Below, in pieces: positions 10,315-20,846 of a stretch of DNA of 64,000 nucleotides. The notes under the pieces are model-generated. The model ran no database searches. It saw nothing but the letters and a program-made list of their open reading frames with translations, and had not been told where the DNA came from. This DNA comes from an uncultured delta proteobacterium (GTDB lineage: Bacteria > Desulfobacterota > WTBG01 > CAIYCZ01 > CAIRTM01). The translations under genes and the position numbers were made by a program. The stretch spans positions 288,001 to 352,000 of the forward strand of contig CAWDSQ010000007.1 in NCBI GenBank assembly GCA_963804955.1, in the 5' to 3' direction. Numbering within the stretch: the first letter of the stretch is position 1; each line of letters opens with the position of its first letter.

Positions 10315-13096
10315 CTATAGCCTACTGGTCACTGGAAAACACAACTTTTTCCAACCGGCTCTGTCGCTGCGGTTGCTGCTGCCGGCACGCAGCGTCTTCA
10401 GCAGGGCAAAAATACCCGGACGGGCGGCAACGGCGTTGTGGAGCGTTGCAGTGCCGTCTGCAGCAATATCCTCAATTTTATAATAATATTTAATGCCGCT
10501 TAGCGCTCCCCTGTCTTCATATACATACGAATCACCCTCACCGCCCGCTACCGGTGGCGGCAATCAGCTCGTCATTTATCTTTTTAAACGTGCCGTTCTT
10601 GCCGACTGCACGATACACATTAAAGCCCGAAATATCATTCTCGCGGGCCGTCGTCCACTTCAGTGTCACCTTGAACAGTCCCGCCTGAGCGGTAAACGCG
10701 GCAAGGCTCACGTCCTTGAAATGATCGATGGCCGCAATGCTGTCGTCAAGCAGGCGCTCCATATAGCCGGGGTTGTGTATGCCGAAGCTGCGGTCATTCA
10801 GAACAAGGCTGAAGTTCAGATAGGCATGCTTGAGAACCTCATCGGTCGACTCCTCGATAAAGGGCAGATTGCTGCCGCGGTGGCAGGTTGCGCATTTGCC
10901 GGGCTGGAACGGCGGCATAAAGCCGCTGTTGGCCGTTTTCAGGCTCTGCTCAAGCTCTTTGAGCTTGGTCTTGAGGCTCGACTGCAGGCCGTTGCGGTCA
11001 AAGGTGTCAAGGCCGGGATGGCACTGCTGGCACACCGTTATATTGAGCATATCATCGGCTGTGCCCGGATCGCCGTCCGGGCCCACATCGCGCATCCGCA
11101 TGCCGTGGCTGCCCACAATGCGAATGCTGTTGTTGTCCGTAGCGGCAATATCCCCGGCCATATGGCACAAAACGCAGCCCTTGGTCATTATGGTGCGGGT
11201 TTTTTTCTTCCTGATACTCGGAGTAATCGCCCCAGTGATAGCCATTACCGATCTCATCGGCTGTGCCGGTATAGGTCGCGTTCTGCCATTTCTTTTCATG
11301 GCAGGTCACGCACAGCTCGGCGCTGGCCTTGCGGGTGCCGGAGGGGTTTTCAGCTGTCTGCACATGGGGATCATGGCATACGTCGCAGCCCACATTGGGC
11401 GTATCAGAGGGCACATCGGTGCTAAGCATGGGATAGCGGAACTTGTCGAAGCTTTTGCGGGAGTTTGCCGCGCCGATGAACCCCTGCGTGTAATGGCATT
11501 TATAGCAGTTGCCCCGAAGGGCGGATGACACTTCGGCATGGCCGAAGGCCAGCGGGTCTGAGTGGCGCGATTTCTGCCACTGGGCAAACTCCTGGTGGCA
11601 GGTGCCGCACAGGCCGGGCCAGTGGGTTATGGAAATGCGCGGCGGGATCGCCCTTATGCAGGCTGCCCGGACCATGGCAGGTTTCGCATCCTACGCCGGC
11701 TCCGGCATGCTTGGTGTCTTTATAGGTTGCGTAGGTGTCGCCGTGGCATTTGGCGCAGGCCTCCGTACCGATGTCCTCTGCAATGTACACGGTGACAGTG
11801 GCCGGCTGGCTCATGTCGCCGGCATCGCCCGTGACGACAAGACTTGCCGTAAACATGTCGCCACTTTTCGCATCGGCAGGAACCATAAACCATGTATTTT
11901 CAGACGACGCATTATCAAGAAGGCCGGTGCGGTCAGTCCCTGCGCTGTCCGCAAGCGTCCAGGCAAAACCGAAATCAGACTGGCTCCAGTCGCCGTTCTT
12001 GTTTCCGTAAACATCAAACAGCGGGCTTGCCGTCTCATGGCTGTAGGCTCTCGGGTTGTAGTCCTCCGGCGACGGCATATTATTGTCTTCGCCCCAGCCC
12101 CGCAGATACACCTTGTCTCCGGGCTTGACAGCCCTCAGGCCCTTTGTCTCGGACAGAACCGTTCCGTTATAAATGAGGGGCAGTTCAGAGGGGCCGGGAA
12201 TGACGGAGGGGAATGCCAGGGGCAGATCATTTACCATGGTAATGGTATCGATCGCCTCGCTCCCCACGCCCTTGCTGTCGATAATCATCATGGCGAAGGT
12301 GTAGTCGCCGGGAAGGGTGGGGATAAAGCTGGTGCTCGATGATTTTATCAGCTCGGCGCCGTCGGGCTTATCAACCAGGGCAACATAAATTGTATTCAAA
12401 TATTTCAGAAGAAGATTGCTTGGATCAAGCCCAACCGAATTGCCATAGAAGTTCTTGGTTGGATTAATCTTGAAGCGCAGGGATGTTCTGCCTTTTTTTA
12501 TGCTGAAATCACGCAGGACAGCGTCGCCTGCGGCAAGAGGCAAGTCTTCTGAGACCTGATAATAGCTATCTGCAACCGCACGTATGCTGTAATCCCCCTC
12601 AGATGCCGACAGCTCGTACTGGCCCAGGCTGTCCGTATGGGTTGCCGCAACAGTTTCCATGGCTCCCAGCCTTTCTTCAACCAGCGCCACCATGGCGCCG
12701 GCAACGGGTGCGCCTTGTATATCGGTTACCGTGCCGCTGACAGAGACCGATTTTTTTATGGGCATGCTGACCTGCGTCGTTGCGCCGGTCTCTACCCAGA
12801 TGAAACCGGTGCGGCCGGTGCCGTATTTGTCTTCGGTATAGCCCGCAGCCGTGACCGTCACGCTGTAGTTGCGGTAGGGAATGATATCGGTGAAAAGCAC
12901 GGTGCCGTTATCATCGGTGACTGCGCTGTAGTTGCCCGGCTGCATGAGCACCGTCGCGCCTGCAACCGGGCTCGGAACTGTAAAAGTCCTTCACCGACAC
13001 CTGCACGCTGCCCGGGGTGTACGCATGGGCTGCGCAGAAGGACATAAGCATCAGCACTGCGGCGCACATCATTTTCATTGTCGTTCTCTTCAGCAT
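10315..13096 (-). CDS. Large exported multiheme (9 CxxCH) cytochrome c with N-terminal carboxypeptidase-regulatory/Ig-like domains and C-terminal FN3-like domain; split into 5 frame segments
   Basis: Signal peptide (CAAHA); SGTVTDIQGAPVAGAMV; hemes CAKCH, CETCH, CGTCH, CYKCH, CDVCH, CVTCH, CVLCH, CQQCH, CATCH; DRSFGIHNPGY; VTLKWTTARENDISGFNVYR...YYYKIEDI. Confidence 0.85.
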
Positions 13097-13252
13097 GACT
13101 CCTCCCTTTGTGTGTTTTTGTATCCCGGTTTGATCTTACTATACTGCATTATCAGTCGCAATGGCTAAACCACACAAGTTTTTGGCCACGGTGAACACAT
13201 TTATATACATTTAACATCGAATGCCTCGTTATGCCCATTACCTGCGTCATAA

Positions 13253-13758
13253 TCAGAAACATCCCGATACCGCCCTGCTCTGTGCCGCTTCAGAAACATC
13301 CCGGCTGACATGTGGCAGGCCGAGGGAGTCGGCAAGGCGGCAAATTCTGGCATAAAACTCCGCAGGAGGCAGGCCGGAAACAATGCTTCCCTGCAGAAGT
13401 GCTGTTTCCGCTCTTGCCGCCTGACCATAATTAATCGCCGCTGCCATATAGGCTGTTACCAGACACAGCGCTTCAAGGTTCTCCTGAAGCCGTGGATCAA
13501 CATGCAGGCGGCACTGCTGCTCCGCACCCCGGCCAGCAGGGAACGGCTCGGCGAACTGATGCGCTTCCAGGCCTTCACGGCTGAACACAAGCTCCGTCGG
13601 GATAGCGCAGGCAGTGCGGATCAGTGAGAAATCTGTGCAGATTTGCCGGATTCAGCCCCTGCCCAAGCGCATGCCGTGCCCGCAATGCCGCGCAGCGTGC
13701 ATGCTCGGCAAGAGCGCTGCTGAATGCAGTCACTGAAGCTAACGTCTGTGTCGGCCAC
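13253..13758 (-). CDS. Hypothetical protein (reconstructed over frameshifts)
   Basis: GGGAGAG RBS plus GTG at 13758; joined ...SALAEHA...FLTDPHCLRYP/TELVFSREGLEAHQFAEP...LHVDPR...AYMAAAINYG...FYARICRLADSL. Confidence 0.55.
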
Positions 13759-13872
13759 AGCTCTCCCTGTTTAATGGTGGCTGACGAAAACCCTCGCCAT
13801 GATTTCGCTGGGCTATAACTCAATCTCAAAAAAGTGCCGTTTATAACCTACATGCTCTCCCTGCCGGTGCGA

Positions 13873-15310
13873 CTACGGCTTTTTTATCTCCTTTTGAGGC
13901 TCGTGCTTCTTTGCCATAGTTCCGCCCCCTGATGCATTCAACCATTTATGATTATCGGTTTTCAGCAGCTCGCTGATTTTCTGTTGCAGTTTGCCTGCCG
14001 CCTCTTTTTTGACCGGATCATCTGAATGCAGTCCTTTTTCCGCCAGTTCCTCAAGCTCGGGGAGAAACTCCGTATAGAAATTACGACCGACCTCATAGGT
14101 TCCGTGCCAGTGAGTATAATCAGGCGCCATCATGGAAGCTCCGTGCCGCGCCCGGCGGCCTTCATGATGCCAGAGCTCAAACCAGACAAAATCAAGCTTG
14201 CTTGAAAACTGCGGTTTCTTTAACAGCGGCTTGGCAATCTCCATAAGAGCCGCTCCCGGCTTTGCAAATTTATCATGATACAGTTCGATAAGGGAATCAT
14301 ACTGTATATAAAAATTGTCCACCCAGGGCTTGGCATGACAGCTCATGCACACCTCCTGCATGCTGCTTCGCCTTTTCTCCCAGCCGATCTTTGCGGTTTC
14401 AAGCCCCAGCTTTTCATCGGCCGCCTCCGGCCGTATGGACAATACAGGCCTGTTGTTCCAGCTGATACGCAGGCCCACGTCATGGGTGACCGGCTGCTTG
14501 ATCGTTGCGCTCATATGACAGGTTGCGCAGGTCGGCCCGGCGCTGTAATCTTCGCCCGGCACCCACTTGGAGTTTTCCATATTCATCTTGTCGACATTGG
14601 CTCTGAAGGCAATGCCGTGCTTTGATTCATTGTAAATTTCCATCTGAGGGTGATCAGGGCCAAGGTGGCACTTGCCGCAGGTATCCGGAAAGCGGGCCTG
14701 GGCCGCAGAAAACATATGCCGCGAATGGCACGCGGAGCAGGATCCCTCTGAGCCGTCAGGATTAATCCTGCCGATCCCCGTGTTGGGCCAGGTTGCCGGG
14801 TCAAGCTTGCCGTTTTCCAGCACTTTCACCTCGCTTCCATGGCATTGCCAGCAGCCGTTTACTGCGGCTGATGAATTGCCGCCCGGAAAACCCGGCGTTT
14901 TAAAAGCCCTGTTGCCTTCAACGACTTCAGCCAGGGTATTGTCAAGGGAGCCGAGAATCCTGCCTGCCTTTGCATGATGAGACCCGGCAAACTCCTTCAC
15001 TTCCTGCTCATGGCAGCGGCGCGCAGTCGCGCGGGCTCACAATAACCGCTATGATCTGGCCTTCATGCTTCTGCGCATCCTTGTCTCCGGGCTCAGCCTT
15101 GTGACATTCATAGCAGCCCACATTGCCGCGAAAATGCTTGCTTGCGCCCCACTGCTCATAGATGACGGGTGTTTCTTTCTTATGGCACTCAATACATTTT
15201 TTCGATTCAGCCGACAGCTCGGTCAGCGTATAGCCGGCAACCGACGTGCCTGCCGCAACCTGCGCCACAAAAAGCAGTACCGCAACCAGTGTACCGATAT
15301 TTTTTATCAT
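13873..15310 (-). CDS. hao: Octaheme hydroxylamine oxidoreductase (HAO)-family cytochrome c (frameshift near 15015)
   Basis: GGGAGAG RBS and signal peptide; 8 heme motifs CIECH, CYECH, CARCH (across the slip), CWQCH, CSACH, CGKCH, CATCH, CMSCH; CHLGPDHPQMEIYNESKHG; WHHEGRRARHGASMMAPDYTHWHG. Confidence 0.9.
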
Positions 15311-15336
15311 CGCACCAGCTCTCCCTTTATATAAAG

Positions 15337-16560
15337 TTATCCTGTATGCACCGTATGCTTGAACTCGCCTGACAAAATCGGCACGGCAAGATGGACCATC
15401 CATGAATACAGTAGAAATTCCGAAGGCCCATATGCCGATGCAGATCCATGTTTCATTCCAGGTGGGAAAGTACTCAACAATCTCCCCCAGCGGGGTCGGC
15501 AGAAAACCGGGAACAATCAGCCCCATGCCCTTTTCGATCCAAATCCCCAGAAAAGCCAAAACACAGGCGACATTTAATAAGCTCATCTTTCTGGCCAGGG
15601 GCGGAACAATTAAAATAAAGGCCGCGACTATTTCCGCTGCAATGGCGGACCATATCCACGGAACCAGCGCAACGTGACCGTGCAGGCCGAACAGCAGGTA
15701 GCGGGCAGCGCTGGTATGGACGGAATCAGAATAAAACTCTTTAAACACCTCGCATCCCAGCAAAAAAAGATTTACCAGCAGCGATACGGTTACAACCTGG
15801 CGGAGCATCTGCAGCGCCTCATCACGTATCGTGTACTTTGTGTACCGCCGCACGATCTGAAAGGCCACAATCATGAGGCCCGGCCCTGCGGTAAAGGCGG
15901 ACCCGATAAACCGCGGGGCGACAATAGCGGCATTCCAGAACGGGCGGCCCACCAGGCCTACATACAGGAAAGCCGTTACCGTATGAATGCTGATGGCCCA
16001 TAAAATAGCGATCAGCACAAAGGGCAGATACATCAGCGCTGCCGGCTTTCGCTGCAGGTATTTCATGTACAGCAGATACCCGCAGATGTGCACATTCAAA
16101 AAAAGGTAACCGATTAAAACAACAACATCCCAGGAAAGCATGGATATGGGAAAGTTGAATACGCCGATACCCGGCACCAGATGCCAGAAGCGGTCTACCC
16201 TGCCCAGATCAACGTTAACAAACAGCAGGCACATGATGATGGCGGCAATGGCAAGCAGTTCGCCCAGAATGACGACATCATGGAGATGTTCGTTTTTATA
16301 AATATATGCGGGGATTACCAGCATGACCGCTGCTGCCGCAAGGCCGACAATAAAGGTAAAATTTGCGATATAGACGCCCCAGGACACCTGATCCGTCATC
16401 CCGGTTAAGGCCAGACCGAAAACCGTCTGCCGGGCATAGGCATGAAGGCCGATGAAGCAGAGCACGGTCAGAAAAGGTCATCCAGCAGTAATACCGCGGG
16501 CTGCCGTAGAAAGCTCAGCCGTATCGCCCTCCACAAAAACATCTGGTAACTGCGCATCAT
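15337..16560 (-). CDS. NrfD/PsrC/DsrP-family quinol-interacting membrane subunit (frameshifted at both ends)
   Basis: GMTDQVSWGVYIANFTF, VDLGRVDRFWH, SMLSWD, WAISIHTVTAFL, WIEKGMGLIVPGF; about 10 TM. Confidence 0.9.
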
Positions 16561-16571
16561 GATTGATCCGT

Positions 16572-17545
16572 CTACTTGTCGAAAAAATAATAAAACCGGG
16601 GTATGGTGCCGAGTTCTTCTTTCAAGAATATAGACGCGTTTTTCCCTTAAAATATAATTAACAGGGCTTGCGGGATCGGCCACATTGCCGAACACCCGCG
16701 AGCCTGTGGGGCATACTTCCAGACAGGCAGGATACAGGCCCTGTGCGGACACGCCTGAGGCAAAAGGTGCACTTTTCGATCACGCCCCGCGGTCGTGATG
16801 CGGTTGCCCAGATAGGCCATATCCAGGGTAATGTCCTCCCCGGGCAGAGAGGGCCTGCTGAAGTTGAACCGGCGGGCCCAGTACGGACATGCGGCCTCGC
16901 AGTAGCGGCAGCCGATGCACCAGTTGTAATCAACGACAACAATCCCGTCAGGCTCCTTCCAGGTGGCCTTCACCGGGCACACCTTGGTGCAGGGCGCCTT
17001 TTTACACTGCTGGCACTGAACCGGCATATAGTATTTGTTTTTTTGCGGCACTGTTTCAGGATTGAAGTAATGGTCGGATTTTTCCGGATCAATTGACCCC
17101 TTTTCCATTTCAAGAACCCTGATGTACTGGATCGCCGGATCGCGGGAGGTGTTGTTTTCCTTCATGCAGGCATACACGCATCTCCGGCAGCCGATACACC
17201 GGCCAAGATTCAGCGCATAGGCATATTCCACTCCGCTCAGGGGCTTAGGGTCAGCCACCGTTGCCGTAACGCCGTAATCAGCCTCAATCTCTTTTTCGAT
17301 GCGTCGCAGTATGTTGTTCATCTCATCAGGGGTGAGGCGCTCATAATGGTTTTGCAGAAACTCATCCAGGCTGATCGTGCCGCTGCAGACTCACGAAGGG
17401 GCGACAGCGCCCACCCCAACGCAGCTGCCGCGGCGGTTGCATTGACGCCTATTTTCATAAAGCTTCGCCTGGTGAGGGGGGCGGTGGTTATCTGCTCGAT
17501 TGAGCGGATTCCGGCGCCCTGAGCCTTGCGCACGTTCACGCTCAT
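16572..17545 (-). CDS. Tat-exported 4Fe-4S polyferredoxin subunit (NrfC/DsrO/HybA family), frameshifted
   Basis: TRRSFMK Tat motif; CIGCRRCVYAC, CQQCKKAPCTKVCP, CIGCRYCEAACP, EKCTFC, PACLEVCPTGSRVFG. Confidence 0.9.
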
Positions 17546-18171
17546 TCATGCAGGGCCCCTTTCTTCAGGTGCGGCGAGCCGGCGCTTACCGGTGGCGGCA
17601 TGGGCGCCAAAGCCTTAAAAGCCGGCTGATGCGGATCATGACATTGAATGCAGACAAGCTTTGTTGACGGGCCCTGCCGGATATCCCAAAAGCCGTTCAT
17701 CCTGCCATGAACGCCCTCTTTCCAGTCGCGATATATGGTGCCGTGACATTTTGCGCACAGGAGGACCGGCTTGTCCTGAGGAATCTCGCGCCCCTCGTGA
17801 TCCACGTATGATCCCCGTATGTCCGGGTGATGACAGGCCAGACACCCCAGGTCCTCGCCGTGATTGAGCTTTATATGTGTATGTTCGCCGGCGGGATTGT
17901 TTGATCTAACGGGCGTCTTAAAATCTTTATGGCATTCACTGCACTGGTAGGTAAAGCCGGTGCGATCAAGGCTCAGCGGTTTTGGCAGCCCCCGCACCGG
18001 CGTCGTATCCAGCCAGTTTTGCTGCCCGGCAAAGCTCAGGGGTTTTTCAGATGATGCAGCGATTGAGGGCTGATCTGCTCCCATGACTGGATGGAAGACA
18101 AAAAAATCCTCCAAAAACAGCCAGCATGCTTACATAACAAAAGATATCTTTCAAAACAGATCACCGGGCAT
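17542..18171 (-). CDS. Tetraheme cytochrome c (start uncertain)
   Basis: CSECH, CLACH, CAKCH, CIQCHDPH; stop overlaps the next start (ATGA). Confidence 0.85.
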
Positions 18172-18290
18172 TGTGTTTACCAAACTAAAAGCTACCCCGT
18201 TCAGAATTCAGTTCCGACAAAGAAGCTGCTGTTTTCTCAGCATTACCGGCAAAGGGTGGAACTGCACTATCTGGCATGTCCCCACTGCAA

Positions 18291-19164
18291 TCAGGCAAGG
18301 ACTTCAACGCCGACCTTGCGGACCATTTCATGAAACGATATTTCTTTTTTATCAACAGGATACTGTCGATATATGTCCAAGCGTTTTTCAAGAATATGCA
18401 CAACCCCTCCAGCATCGGTCTGTTGAGCAACGGTCCGGGCAATCCGGGGATGCCGCGACCCCGTGCCGCCGGCGACGACCTTGTAGCCTTTCTCCTTCGT
18501 GAAAATAACTTCTTTTTTACATTCTTTTTCACAGCCTCCGCACAGAACGCACCGCGCATAGTCAATGACGGGGTTGCCGTCCTGAAGCGTTATGGCGCCT
18601 TCAGTGCAATACCTGACGCAGGCCTGACATTGGGTGCAGCCCTCAGCTCTTGACCGCAGGCCGCAACTGGCAGATGATGCCGAAATCGTTAAAATACGGG
18701 GACATGCAGCAGTTGGGGCAGCCGATAATGGCTATGCGAAACACGTGGTGCGACATAAGGGGGGTGCGCGCCTTTTCAATAACAATACGGGTAGCGTTAA
18801 GCTGCCTGAGCTTTTCCCGCAGGGGCACAAGCACGGCAAGCATCATCTCGCGCTTCTCGGCCGTGCAGGCGCCGTACTTTGCCGGACAGAGCTCGATCTT
18901 GAAAAGCTCACCGTCATCATCTTCAAAAAAAGCATCAGGCAGGCCGACATCCTCGCCCCGTCCCATGCGGCGAACCACCTCGGTCGCCTCAGGCCCAAAG
19001 ACGCGCCCATAGCCTTTTTCGGTTGCTTGAGCAATTGCTGCCGTGACCTTAGCCAGCCCCTTCTGCAGCGCCCGGCGCTCTGCATCAAGGCGCACAAACT
19101 GCGCCATCATGGGCGGTACGGCAATATCTGCAAGTATGTCTTCAGCCTCTTTTTCCCATTCCAT
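18291..19164 (-). CDS. Nitrite/sulfite-reductase-like 4Fe-4S protein with N-terminal PCP-reductase-like domain and inserted 2x[4Fe-4S] ferredoxin (frameshift near 18645)
   Basis: MEWEKEAEDILADIAVPPMM...AERRA; CPAKYGAC; FRIAIIGCPNCC...DFGI; second frame CTQCQACVRYC, CVLCGGCEKEC, GYKVVAGG..SRHPRIA; ends KVGVEVLA*. Confidence 0.8.
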
Positions 19165-19194
19165 GCTTTCATGCTCCTGCAGCGTGCCGATGTT

Positions 19195-19923
19195 TTATTC
19201 CTGCCGCCGCTCCACAATATCGCCGCCAACACTCACAACAACGGTTTCCAGCGGCACTGATGCGCCTGCCGCCTTCAGGCCCGCCTTGACGATCTGCGGC
19301 ATGCCCTGACAGCACGGAACCTCCATAACGACAACCGTGACGCTCTTTATATCATTCTGTTTGAAAATTTCTGTAAATTTGTCAACGTACAGCTCCCGGT
19401 CGTCAAGTTTCGGACAACCCATAAGCAAAACCCTGCCCTGCAGAAAGTCGCGATGAAATCCCGCATGGGCAAACGCCGTACAGTCCGAGGCGACCAGCAG
19501 GTCGGCGCCCTTGAGAAACGGCGCATGGGGAGGCACAAGGCGCAGCTGAACCGGCCAGGTGGAAAGCGCCGATACGCTCACTGACGGCTCCGCTGCAAGC
19601 CCGGCTTTCGGCTCAATATGCCGCACAGCAGCCGACGGGCATTGACACGAGGGGCCGGGGCTGCCTGAACGAGCGCTGTGAACTTTCAGATGCCGGGCAA
19701 CAGCCTCCTCGTCAAAATCGTCGGCTTCACGCACAACAATTTTCAGCGCGTCCTGCGGGCACTCGCCGATGCAGTTGCCCAGGCCGTCGCAGAAAACATC
19801 GGAAATCACCTGCGCCTTGCCGTCAACAATGGCGATGGCTCCTTCGGCGCAGGCGCTCACGCAATCGCCGCAGCCATTGCAGCGCTCCCGATCAATTTCG
19901 ATGATGTTGCGCTTTACTTTCAT
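19195..19923 (-). CDS. hcp-associated 4Fe-4S ferredoxin-like protein (FrdX type)
   Basis: CNGCGDCVSAC, CDGLGNCIGECP, WPVQLRLV, DCTAF, GCPKLD, MEVPCC. Confidence 0.88.
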   Translation of the reverse strand: MKVKRNIIEIDRERCNGCGDCVSACAEGAIAIVDGKAQVISDVFCDGLGNCIGECPQDALKIVVREADDFDEEAVARHLKVHSARSGSPGPSCQCPSAAVRHIEPKAGLAAEPSVSVSALSTWPVQLRLVPPHAPFLKGADLLVASDCTAFAHAGFHRDFLQGRVLLMGCPKLDDRELYVDKFTEIFKQNDIKSVTVVVMEVPCCQGMPQIVKAGLKAAGASVPLETVVVSVGGDIVERRQE

Positions 19924-19946
19924 CGGGTTCTGCTTTCTGCTGTATC

Positions 19947-20742
19947 TTACATACCGCACATAAAGTTTAGAAAAAAATCTGCTACTGTCTCAAGCCTGCG
20001 AGGAACCTGCAGCTCAAAAACCTCCCTGGCAACACGTTTTCCGGAGGCTGTCAGCATACGCGATTCAATAAGCGCCGCCAGCTTCTCCGGCTCCCGGGGC
20101 TTCTCAATATCGCCCTCCTGAATATTGACGATCAGGTCGGCATCATAGAGGACCTTGAAATTGGATGTCTCAACCGGGCCGCGGATGATGGTGGTGGCCG
20201 ATGATGTCGCACACCTCATCGGTGAGCGCGGGCTCAGCATGCAGCCCCATCAGGATGCCCCGCGCCGTGAGGGGGCCGAGCTCTTCCTGGTATTTTGCGG
20301 CAGTGCTCCCGTAGAGCTTCTCGGCATCCTTGATGCCGATGTCATGGAGATAGGCGGCTGTCAGCACCACGGCCGCGTCGGCCTCCTGCCCCTCGGCTAT
20401 CTTTTCTGCAAAATGAGCCACCTTTTCGGCATGCCTGATGCGGCGCTCGTCGTCGCCGAAAAACGCCCGCATTTCGCAGGCCACGCGCTCGGCAAAAAGA
20501 TGCTTCTGCTTTGCAAGCACTTCAGGCGGCATGTCCTTAAGGCACTGCGCCGCAAACTTGCAGTACGTGGCGCAGCCGAAGTCAAGGTTCGGGTTTGTAA
20601 CCCTGGCCCCGCAGCCCTTGCACCGCCGCACGGCATCGTCCTTGAAAAACTCCACGGTCTTGCCGCATGCGGGGCATGGGGCTTCAAATATGTCTGTCGG
20701 TTTCCAGTACCGTGTGTCCTGACCGGGGCATTTCATTGGCAT
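19947..20742 (-). CDS. HD-domain phosphohydrolase with N-terminal Cys-rich finger (frameshift near 20175)
   Basis: CPGQD...CPACG...EFFKDD...CKGCG; RIRHA, AYLHDIG, IGHHH, LYDAD. Confidence 0.85.
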
Positions 20743-20769
20743 CTCTCCGTTAATTCAAGATTCAGGATT

Positions 20770-20797
20770 GCAGGGGCGTATGGCCATACGCCCCTGC
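20770..20797. repeat. Perfect 28-bp palindrome (REP-like) just 3' of hcp
   Basis: GCAGGGGCGTATGG|CCATACGCCCCTGC; resembles GTAG-type REP hairpins. Confidence 0.6.
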
Positions 20798-20846
20798 GGA
20801 ATATTATAATATCCCTGAAGTCCGCATTCCTCAATCCGCAGTTGTG

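Noticed and set aside
15008..16465. Apparent NrfD-cytochrome c fusion in the ORF track (485 aa)
   Set aside because: A slip near 15415 joins NrfD to the HAO N-terminus. NrfD has a natural end at 15337, and HAO has its own RBS, ATG (15310) and signal peptide.
15337..17545. DsrOP of dissimilatory sulfate reduction
   Set aside because: Family resemblance only; no dsrMKJ adjacent, and the partner is an HAO-family protein.
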